Shown: positions 52,400 through 64,000 of the stretch, piece by piece | Layout of the letters: each line of letters starts with the position of its first letter | How positions within the stretch are numbered: the first letter of the stretch is position 1 | Origin: Eledone cirrhosa | Lineage: Eukaryota | DNA: 64,000 bases | Assembly: GCA_964016885.1 (NCBI GenBank) | Contig: OZ024740.1 | Span: 301,382,001 to 301,446,000, forward strand | Direction of reading: 5' to 3' | Translations under genes and position numbers: made by a program | Notes under the pieces: generated by a model | Seen by the model: the letters and a program-made list of their open reading frames with translations, nothing else | The model's database searches: none | What the model was told of the DNA's origin: nothing

Positions 52400-52781
52400 A
52401 ACTAAATATATTCACTTTTCTTCTAGTTTATTTTACACCTAATTCTGTTTAGTTGACTGTATATCTGGTCGATTTATACACGCTGTCGAAATACTCGATA
52501 AATACCCCGTCGCAACCGTCGTGAAGGGCTTCTTTCGGTTATTTGTCGGAGATTTCTTCATAAGAGCCTTTATTCTTATAGCTTGGTCTAATTGATTTTT
52601 TATATGGTTAATTCTGCTAATTGGGAGAGGAAACGGTATATATTTTATCTGGTTATTCTATAGGCATGTTTTATGATATATAGCTCTGATTATTTAATTT
52701 ATTAATTCTTCATTGAGCCACAAAGTGACCCGTTGCAAAACACATAAATATCTATGACTTTATATATATATATATGTAAAC

Positions 52782-52839
<58 letters not shown>

Positions 52840-53419
52840 AGGGGGTTATAGTTCACTTGAAGCATTGTGTAATGAGGTATAAACGTTTGAATATGTATAA
52901 TAAAGCCAAAACAATGCAGATATGGACATAGAAAAAAGAATGCAATTGCAAAAGATATTGTTGACAATTCGTCTTTTACCTTAGATTTATTTTAAACGTC
53001 CTTAATTTTCGAGATAATATCTCTTCTTCAGAGGGAAATAAAGGTCTCAAACCAGCGTTCTAAATATCTTGCCAAGCCATGCTGACAGGAAATAGTATAG
53101 AGTATCTGTTCTATCTCTAATTTCAAAGAGTTAAAATTAGGTGGATAAAGAGTAGTCTCCCTTTAAAAGGGGTTTGTTTAGGTTTTTTTTTAATATACAT
53201 GCCTGCCCAACTCAGGTTCTTCTCTGCGCGGACAGCTAGCCAAAAGACACTCCACCAGGCATGACAACTGCTGCAGACTAGCCAACTGCCCCATCAACGA
53301 CACAGACCTATGCCACCAGGCTTACGTCGCTTTTGGCCTGTAGTATTCTGTATTGCATCTCTTTATGTCTCCTCTCTATCCTCTCTTACGATACTATAAC
53401 CCTATTTTATATATATATA

Positions 53420-53495
<76 letters not shown>

Positions 53496-54818
53496 TGTAG
53501 GCATGTGGCATAGTGCTAATTAAGTTGGACGTACGATCATAATGTCGTGTGTACGATTCCTGGGTTGCTTGTGCAAAACACTTCATTTCAGGCTGCTACA
53601 GTATACACAGTTGAAAATGAGAGCCAGCAATATCTGGGGGTTTAACTCTGCGACGGACTGGCGTCCTGACCAGAATAAGCACCGACCAAATGAGCCTTCT
53701 TCTTTAAGACAGATTTCAGACTTATATATAAATATATATATATATATGTGTGTGTGTTTAGTGAGAGGGAGTTTAAATTAAGATTAAGAGAGCGAGATAT
53801 ACAAAGTTGGATAGACAGATAGAAATATTTACATTAGCTTACAATTAATTGACTTGCAATTCTAAAAAAGTGTTATTAACGAAATTATGGAAGGAATCTG
53901 CCGTAAATAATTGTGCGTTGATTTAGATTTCATAAAAATGATTTTTATAGTTTGGTTATTCGAAATATTACCAAGTTCGTGTGTGTTCTAAATACTTCGA
54001 ACGCAGCAGGTTTAATTCTACAATCCTTTCAGTTAATTGGTAAAAAAAAAATACTCTCGTCAGCCATGCACGAAACTAAATAATTCTACTTCAATTTTCA
54101 AGTTGAAACAAGAGAGGATTGGCAATAATTAGGAACAACAATTATTCCAAAACAGAAAATTTGACATATATTCATAAGAAAAATACACAAAAACACAGAC
54201 ACAGACACACACATACACGCACATACACAAACACACAAACACACAAAAACACACACTCATACATGTATATATATAAAATATGTATATATATATATATGAA
54301 AACGGAGAAAGAGACGATTATGAGGAATAAAAATATATTTGTTTCCTTTCTTGTTTCTGTCTCTCTTTTTTCTAGGTTAGAAAATGATTAAAACGAAATG
54401 TTTTACTTTGTGTGAAGTGTTAAGGTATTAGGTGATTTATTTATTATTTAACAATGGCATATATTTATCTATTTATATATTTAATTATTGTCTATTACCG
54501 GTTTCAGCATTGATATGCATTATCAAATGATAGTGAAATGTATTAGTGTGGTGTCGCAAATGATAAACAGAACATGCAGAAAGAATAATGTTATATAAAA
54601 ACAAGGTTTAAGAAGTGAAAAGAAAAAAAGGAAAAGGAAAAAAAACGTGCATAATGTGGAACGTAAAAAGTCAGTGTGGAAGAAAAAATAATGGTATTTA
54701 CAAGCACAGTCATTGAAGTTAAGCAGTTCAAAATGTGTTAGTATAGCAAGAGTGCTTAGTTGAACCATGGTTCCGTGAAAGAGGCAAATGATATATAGAT
54801 ATATACATATATGTATAT

Positions 54819-54954
<136 letters not shown>

Positions 54955-55005
54955 ATTAAATAACAATATTAAATAAATGGAAAACTATATTTATAAAACC
55001 ATATC

Positions 55006-55071
55006 TATTTCATTATATATATTTCGGGGATATCATATTAACAATATGCTATGCCTTCATCAGACAAAATA
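55006..55071 (-). ncRNA. Hammerhead ribozyme (family A)
   Basis: Mirror copy of 55175-55240 with intact CTGATGA and GAAA boxes. Confidence 0.7.
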
Positions 55072-55174
55072 CAATATAAACAGTTTTATAGATAAATATA
55101 TTCGACATACCGTAATAAACATCAACTTCATTTGAAGAGGTTTACTCTATTTATCTATAAAACTGTTTATATTG

Positions 55175-55240
55175 TATTTTGTCTGATGAAGGCATAGCAT
55201 ATTGTTAATATGATATCCCCGAAATATATATAATGAAATA
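55175..55240 (+). ncRNA. Hammerhead ribozyme (family A)
   Basis: TATTTTGT-CTGATGA-AGGCATAGCATATTGTTAATATGATATCCCC-GAAA-TATATA-TA-ATGAAATA. Confidence 0.7.
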
Positions 55241-55375
55241 GATATGGTTTTATAAATATAGTTTTCCATTTATTTAATATTGTAAATATACTCCAAGTAT
55301 TTGTCGAGTGCTTTTATATCAGTTATAAATATTTACTAGTTGTAACCCAACAATTTTAAATATAACTTTACATAT

Positions 55376-55472
<97 letters not shown>

Positions 55473-55614
55473 TTAAAATACTGGAGCGTGTTGGAGTTAA
55501 ACACCCTCTTCGTATTATAGAAATGACAGTAAAAGGTATAACTCAATGTAATTAAAAAGCGCCGAAGAATTATGAAAGTAAAACAAAGAAGCCTTCAATA
55601 CATCAAAAGTCTTT

Positions 55615-55659
55615 ATTAGCCAACAATGTTTCGTCCCATTAAGGACTCATCAGGGCAAT
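55615..55659 (-). ncRNA. Type I hammerhead ribozyme
   Basis: Minus strand reads ATTGCC-CTGATGA-GTCCT-TAAT-GGGAC-GAAA-CATTG-TT-GGCTAAT; differences from 22208-22252 preserve pairing (U-A to U-G, G-U to G-C). Confidence 0.88.
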
Positions 55660-57378
55660 TAAAACAACAAGAAGTATCATCGGCAAATACAAGCCGGAAA
55701 CTCCGAAGAATATGGAGTGTACATACACTAAAGTATTGCAAGATTATGGGTAAAAATATATAATAAAAATCACTAAGGAGGTGTATAACATTTAGAACCA
55801 TATTACAAATATAGTCCAAAGCAAAAAAAGCCTAGAGCTAAACAAAGGTGGTTATATAGAGCAGGAATTATATATAATACAATATAATATAATATAATAT
55901 ATTTCTACCAATATTAAAATTACAATAAATTCAAAAGGTACAATATACATATTTATATATGTACGCACACGTACGCACATATACACATACATCAATATAC
56001 ATATCCATCTTCAACAGCACAAATTAAACCTTATTAAGAGTTTAAATATAAATAAGCATGATAGGAATAAAAATAATGATAATAATAATAATACATATAC
56101 CCAATATACATGAGGTAATAATATGATATTATTAAAAGTAGCACATATAATATATAATATATAATAAACTATACAATTATATACTGTATAATATAATATA
56201 ATAGAATAGAATAGATAATCTCCGGTTAATTTACACAAACAATATAGATATCACAATAATACTATAATAATATTATAATAACATATATAATATATAATAT
56301 ATAATGGCATGCAAGTTAACAAATCAATTCATATAGAGTTACAGAGTAGGTGAGGAAAAATAAATTGTACAATACCCAAAACTAGGATGGTAGAAAAATA
56401 TAAATAACTTACATGATATATAAAGTTTAACATATCACAATGTTACATATAATCAACGGTAAGTAATAAGGATCGATATTACAATAACAAATACAATATA
56501 AAATAATTAACATAATATGTTATATAATTACTTATAATTACAAGGTTGGTAAACAGACATATATGTGGATGAGTGAGTAAGGGCCAGAAAGTAAATAGAA
56601 TGCACAGTAGTATTACAAATAAAATAAAATAAATAAATAGAATCAACCGGAAATTTAAAAACAAAAACAAAAGTATACATTTAGGTCTCACATGCCGTTA
56701 AGTAAAAACTTAGGAAATAAGCCCGGTAAATGACTCGAAAACCCTATTTGATAAATTAATATTAAAAATATTTAAAATATCCAATAAGGCAATACAATAT
56801 TAGCTATGGTTTAAGTAATCAAGGTTTATAAACGTTAATATTTCATTACAATATTTACAAAAAGGAATTAAATTTTCTACTATCATATACATAACGATAT
56901 CTAAAAAACTGACTTAATCAGAATTATGGTAGGCTAATAGGGACAGAAATAAAGAAATATATGGAGGATACAAAGGGGCATAAAATCATAGTCAATATAC
57001 TATATTAAATAATAGAAAGGAGCGTAAAAGAGGGGGGATTAAATATAATCATAATCTATTTGGAGGGGTTGACAATAAGTTTATGTGCGCATGGGGGGGG
57101 GGTTATCCAAAGAAGAATCGAATCCAAATAGAAATAAAATAAAATAAAATAAAATAAAATGAAATAAAATAAAATAATGTAAAATATATAATCAGATCTA
57201 TACTCATAAAGTGTTAATAGTGAAAATGTAATGCGTAAGAAGATAGATATGGTATAGTAGCCAAAAGATTATGAGAGCTAGAATAAAGAGTTGTCAAAAA
57301 CCAATGATAATAATGATGATAATAATGGTGGTAAACAAAAAGAACCTAAACTAAAAAATAAGTAATGGAATATATCAG

Positions 57379-58633
<1,255 letters not shown>

Positions 58634-58693
58634 ATAATAATAAATTTGAAGACTAAAATCCAAAGACAGCTCGATAAGGATAAATATATATAT

Positions 58694-58729
58694 ATATTGT
58701 TATACTTGGGGAGGGTCATATTGTTGTAA
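58694..58729 (-). mobile_element. Micro-fragment of the intact-PLE pLTR family
   Basis: atattgttatacttggggagggtcata matches 8245-8270 and ends in TA at the same breakpoint as the 12890 end. Confidence 0.6.
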
Positions 58730-58861
58730 TAATTGTTTCTACTTTTGGCACCAGAACACACTCACTGTTTGGTTGGTTTTCGCTTCTCTTTCTTTTATAT
58801 CTCCATAGTTAATATATTTGGCAATCGATGTTTATCCTTGATTGACCAGCGGTTAAAAATA

Positions 58862-58962
<101 letters not shown>

Positions 58963-59221
58963 ATATATATATATATAGTCTAGCAAAGTTATTTTTCGTT
59001 GCGCCTCTGCAACATCATCAGTGCTACTATTATTATGTTCCCTCCTATTGTATTGTAATATCTATGCCATTTTTACTTGATTTTATTTATTTATTTATCT
59101 ATTTATTTATTTACTCTCATATATATATATATATATGTAGTTGGTGAGTTTTATTGTAGCACAATAAAGCAATGCAAATATCGGATAAGTACACTCTACA
59201 GTTTGTAGGATTGGAGTATAA

Positions 59222-61666
59222 ATAATATAAGATCAAAAGATGGTTAAAAGAGTTCCAAGTATTTCTTCTTGGATATATCGCTTAATCTTGACACTGGCCT
59301 ATATTACCCTTACCATAAAAATAATGAGAATCTAAATTATGTTAATGTTAAATATAACCACCCCACTAACATTAAAAATGCTATAGTCACTAATATTGGA
59401 AAAATAATATAAAATCTATCTTCTAATAAAAAATATATTGGATGCTAACGCCAATTACTATAATAATGCGCTTTCTAAAGCCGGTTATCCTGATAAAATT
59501 AAATACAGTAAAGAAACCAATCCTAGAAGGTATTACAGTAAAACAATTAATTATGATTTAGTCCAATAACTTAAATAAAAGACCTAGATACAAAAATATA
59601 ATCTGGTATAATGTTCCTTTCTCTATTTCTATTAATAATAATATTCCTAAACTATTCTTTAGGGCCTTATATAAATGCTTCCCTCCCTCACATATCCATA
59701 GTAAAATATTTAACAAACATACAATAAAATGTTCCTATTCCACCTCCTCCAGCATCTCTAACATTATCTCTAAACACAACAATAAAATATTAAATATTAA
59801 ATCACATCCTTCCAACACTGAATGTCATAATAATAGCAGTAGTACTCCCGACGTCATTGTTAACTCTGGGCTAGATTCTGCAAACTCAAAAACGACGTCA
59901 AACGTAATTTCGTTGAATGTTCATAATACCGAATAAATCATAAAACAATTATTCCTATCGTAAATAAATACTCCAATCCAATTCCTCCTATAAATAACAC
60001 TAGATCACTTGTTAATAACTCTGTTAATTTTTCTAATCGCACTCGTAGTTGCCCTGTTAGAACTAAATGTCCTATCAATAACCATTGTCTTGAAAAAAAC
60101 TTAGTCTATGAATGTTATAACTGATACCAATTCCACCTCCACCTCCTTCCTAAGCTAGATTTTATAAACACAATTCGTCTTTTAAATACCAACTTAAAAG
60201 AACTAACACGGCACTCTCAGAACTCATATGGTCCTTGAAAGACAAAAATATTAACTATAACATCTCTTGGAGGAAAGTTTGTTCTGCCTCTCCCTACTTG
60301 AATGCCTCCCTATCCAGAACATGTAATATTTGCCTATCTGAGAAATTTACCATTATATCTAATTTAAATTCTATAATAAATAGACGCACTGATATATTTT
60401 CTCTCTTCTTGCATAAATTCCACAGAACATTCCATAAAGTATACAGCTAATATCTAATAACTTACTAGTTTAAAGTCATTTTTCTCAAAGGCATATATAT
60501 ATATATATTTTTTAAATATACCCATTTTTCTACCTTATTTCAATATTATTTATTATATATTATATAATACAAGTTACTCATTCTATATCATTACTCTTTA
60601 TTACTTTCCTTTCTTCCTCTTTATTTTTAATTTCTAACCTCTAATCTGTACTTTTTTCTTCCTAACTACTTCTCAATTCTTATTATTACTCACCACAACA
60701 TTATCCATTCTTCCATCTTTCTTCATATCATTGGCCATAACAATTATTATTATCTTAACAATTATCGTAAACAAGCATTTTTTTTTAAGTTAGATTTTTC
60801 TTCCTTAAATTCCTTATCTCTTCCTTTCATGCTCGTTTGACTTTTACATATTACAATACATAAAAACAAACTTAAACCCGAACTAATTTCTTTTAATATA
60901 TTATATTATTACCATTAGAAAATATTTCGTAAAATATATATTTTTTGATGTTTAATATTTTCTTCCTTAAACATTCTTTTCTTCTTTGCTTTCTGCGCTC
61001 ATTTTTAAACAAGGTATTTACGTACACATATTACATACATAAAAACAAACTTAAACACTAACTAATTTCTCTAAATTCAAAACTCATCCATTCTTCTACT
61101 TCTTTTCACATTATACCGTTAATAACATTAATATTTTTATTTTAATAATACATATTAATATTTTCCTCGCACATATTATTAGACCCTTCAATATACAAAC
61201 ATTAATTTAATATTGTTCTTAACCCCTTTTTCTCTTCATCCACTTTTAATTTCAAATCCTTTTAAATTATCTATTATCTTCCAACGGCTTTTTAACTTCT
61301 CTCTGTGAGACAATATATATATTTTCTCAGTTGTAAAAGCTCTCTCTCTCTCTCTATCACCCATCTCTCCTCCTCTCTCATCCTTCCTTCTTATACTCCT
61401 TCACCACCATTCTTTACTCTCATCTCCTCCTTTTTCTTACCTTTTCCACCACTCCCTCACTTTTTCCCAATCTCACACATCAATCTTATATTATGTTTCC
61501 TATGTTGAGTTAAAACTTCACTATTCACAAGTATTTTTTAAGCTTCATATCATGTATCCCTATTTCATCTGATGAAAACGCAGATATCATCCCATGATGA
61601 TATTTGATTTTGAAATGCTCATAATAAAATACTTGGAACTCTTTTAACCATCTTTTGATCTTATAT

Positions 61667-61669
<3 letters not shown>
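59222..61669 (+). mobile_element. 5'-truncated decayed Hydra-like Penelope element with inverted terminal piece
   Basis: LNLDTGLYYPYHK..., NIIWYNVPFS, CFPPSH..IFNK..KCSYS, CPINNHC..LVYEC, LSELIWSLK, CNICLSEK; 59222-59264 is an inverted copy of 61627-61669. Confidence 0.8.
61562..61628 (+). ncRNA. Hammerhead-like motif in 3' pLTR
   Basis: CTGATGA-AAACG-CAGATATCATC-CCAT-GATGATATTTG-ATTTT-GAAA-TGC-TC; long stem II, weak stems I and III. Confidence 0.5.
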
Positions 61670-61720
<51 letters not shown>

Positions 61721-61911
61721 GGTGTGTGTGTGTGAAACATTACATACATAATACATACCTAAGCGTCTATACATCAGCAGACAACACAGTTACATCATGT
61801 ATACATCATGTATAATTATATACGTAACAGTGTATCGACATATCTATTTGAATATCACTTTGCGAATATGTGTTTTTCTCTAACTTTTCTCGATCTAACC
61901 ATACTCTATCA

Positions 61912-61981
<70 letters not shown>

Positions 61982-62036
61982 AAATATATATATATATATA
62001 TATATACGGGTGGGTGTGTGAGGGTGTGCGTGTGTA

Positions 62037-62067
<31 letters not shown>

Positions 62068-62074
62068 TTATATA

Positions 62075-62480
62075 TACGAGGGGTCTATAAATAGTTAACG
62101 TTAAAAGGACAGTTGGAAAATATGGTTTCAGTTATGATGCCTATATTTAAATATATGCACCTTCTTCCACTTCTAAAACGAATTATCCATTTGTAGACAT
62201 TTGTAGGTTGTTGATTTGTTTGGGGCATTATTCCCATTCCTACAGAGCATAAATTTGGCTCCGCTTGCTCACTAGCTTCACCATGAATTTGATGTATTGA
62301 TGGAGGCCTTGTTGCTGTCTTCCAACTAAAGTGGCTGCGTTGCGACATTCATTTAAGAGTTCATATCAGTAAATGTTTTGTCATGTTCGTACGAGAACGT
62401 ACATGTGCATTGAGTTTAATATCCCTGCATATGACTTTTAGATATGGCTTTTACCACAAACATGTTGAAGCACTCTCGTA
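62075..62480 (-). mobile_element. Internally deleted mariner remnant
   Basis: Ends tacgagggg / ctctcgta in TA context; minus translation IKFMVKL...GNNAPNKST..YKWIIRFRSGR resembles the mariner N-terminal HTH. Confidence 0.65.
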
Positions 62481-62663
62481 TATATGATATGTTATGGACC
62501 CGTAACTCCGGATAAAGCCCTAGTGCGTGTGTGTAGGGGGGTATGATAAGCTGCGTTTCTTGGGCATTCAAGCACATCCTTCTGCAGGCCTGAATAGAGC
62601 CGGTTTTTTAAGAGAATGATAGAAATTAAAAGAGAGAGGCAATGAGAAAGAGATATAGAGGAG

Positions 62664-62824
62664 GTATCGACCCAATTACTATACTGGTACATTTTTTATC
62701 GACCTGGAAAGGATGAAAGGAAAAGTTGACCTCGGAAGGATTTGAGCTCAGAGAGCTGAGAAGGGGAGAACAAATACCATAAAGAATTCTATCCGACGTT
62801 CTAACGATTCTGCCAATTCACCGC
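62664..62824 (-). mobile_element. Nin-domain SINE (diverged subfamily)
   Basis: Reverse complement gcggtgaattggcagaatcgtta...ccgaggtcaacttttcctttcatcctttccaggtcgataaaaaatgtaccagt. Confidence 0.75.
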
Positions 62825-62838
62825 TCTCTCTTTCTCTC

Positions 62839-62908
<70 letters not shown>

Positions 62909-62909
62909 G

Positions 62910-62958
<49 letters not shown>

Positions 62959-64000
62959 TGTGTGTGTGTATGTGTGTGTGTATGTGTGTTTGTGTGTGTA
63001 TGTTTGGGTGTGTGTGTGTGTGAGTGTGTGTTTGTGTCAGAAACGAAAAAGGACTGGGATTACAAGTTAGTATTCAAATACAATCTAGATACCTCAATTT
63101 TGCCTTTCGAAATATTCCCCTCGAACCTCCGCACTTTCCCATTCATTCCGCAACTCCTCCATGCATACCTGCATATATTCTTTCTGATTTCTCCACGGCT
63201 CCAATGTCGCGGCCTACTTGATAACTTCTAGGACCGGGAAAGACGTCGTACTCGAAGAGCCTTGGCGCATACCCGGTGATGACTCTCCCCAGCATGGCTG
63301 GTTCGGTTCCACCACCCTCGATGTCCTGAAACACCTGAATTAGGTTGTCTCAGTTTTGCAAACTATTAATCAATCATCTCAGGTATGTTACGCCCGTCTT
63401 TAAATCGATATGTTCAGATTTATATGTCAATTGCATAGTATTTAAATGCTGCACACTTTCACAACTTTTTATTTATAATGATGTTTTCTGAATCCATTGA
63501 GGAGAGTACACACCTGAACGAAATAAGCAGCTGAAATATGTTTTAGATACGCAATAATATTAGGGTGAATAATGAAACCATTTATATGGATGAAATTTAT
63601 AACCAGAAATGGCTCCCTTTGTCCTCTGGAGGACTGAACTTAATCAAATTAAAATAACCAGAAATATGTTCTAAATACAATAATGTTGTGGTTACAGAGA
63701 GACGCACCTTTTATAAACGAAATCTGAAACGGGAAAAGCATGTTTATAGATGTTTCGACTCACGTGGTGTAAAGTTATGTTGTTCTTTGGTAAAAGCTAT
63801 CTTGAGCACATATAGGGCCTTAGCCATCCAGCGAGCATGGTAGTACTTCATGGTAGTTCACTGGGAAGATTAACAACCACCATGATTGAAAAAGGAGAGT
63901 TCTATGCACTCGGCATAGTCTTCTCAGTAACTATTACCATCTCTTTCCACTTCTGCTTGGGAGAATTTTCCATAGGCATATGATCATTTATATCTAAGGA

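Larger units (their letters stand above)
51481..52778 (+). mobile_element. ORF-less hammerhead-containing tandem retroelement (661-bp unit) with inverted arm
   Basis: Direct repeat ttatttgtcggagatttc at 51878 and 52539 (period 661); 51481-51877 is the inverted copy of about 52283-52680; TA flanks. Confidence 0.88.

Overview
AT-rich eukaryotic intergenic or intronic DNA, most likely a cephalopod (octopus-like; inferred from Nin-domain SINEs and the very high (TA)n/(CA)n/(GA)n content). I found no host protein-coding exon, and most ORFs in the track are microsatellite artefacts. Penelope-like retroelements (PLEs) dominate the window. There is one intact, young element (8191-12890, minus strand) with an uninterrupted RT + C-terminal GIY-YIG ORF, direct and inverted pseudo-LTRs (pLTRs), a hammerhead ribozyme and NRF1/ETS-like motifs. 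There is also a full-length but broken Neptune-like PLE (32987-38442), truncated Neptune-like and Hydra-like PLEs, and many short ORF-less units carrying hammerhead ribozymes. Two of these units are tandem and circularly permuted (420 bp and 661 bp) and resemble retrozymes. One hammerhead lineage has a compensated U3-A8 core (UUGAAAA). Most PLE-derived insertions are head-to-head with both 3' ends facing outward into (TA)n, and their internal junctions cluster at the ribozymes. Also present: Nin-type and other tRNA-derived SINEs, two non-autonomous Helitrons, mariner remnants, RTE-type LINE fragments and a degenerate AT-rich satellite. All folds and alignments were done by eye.
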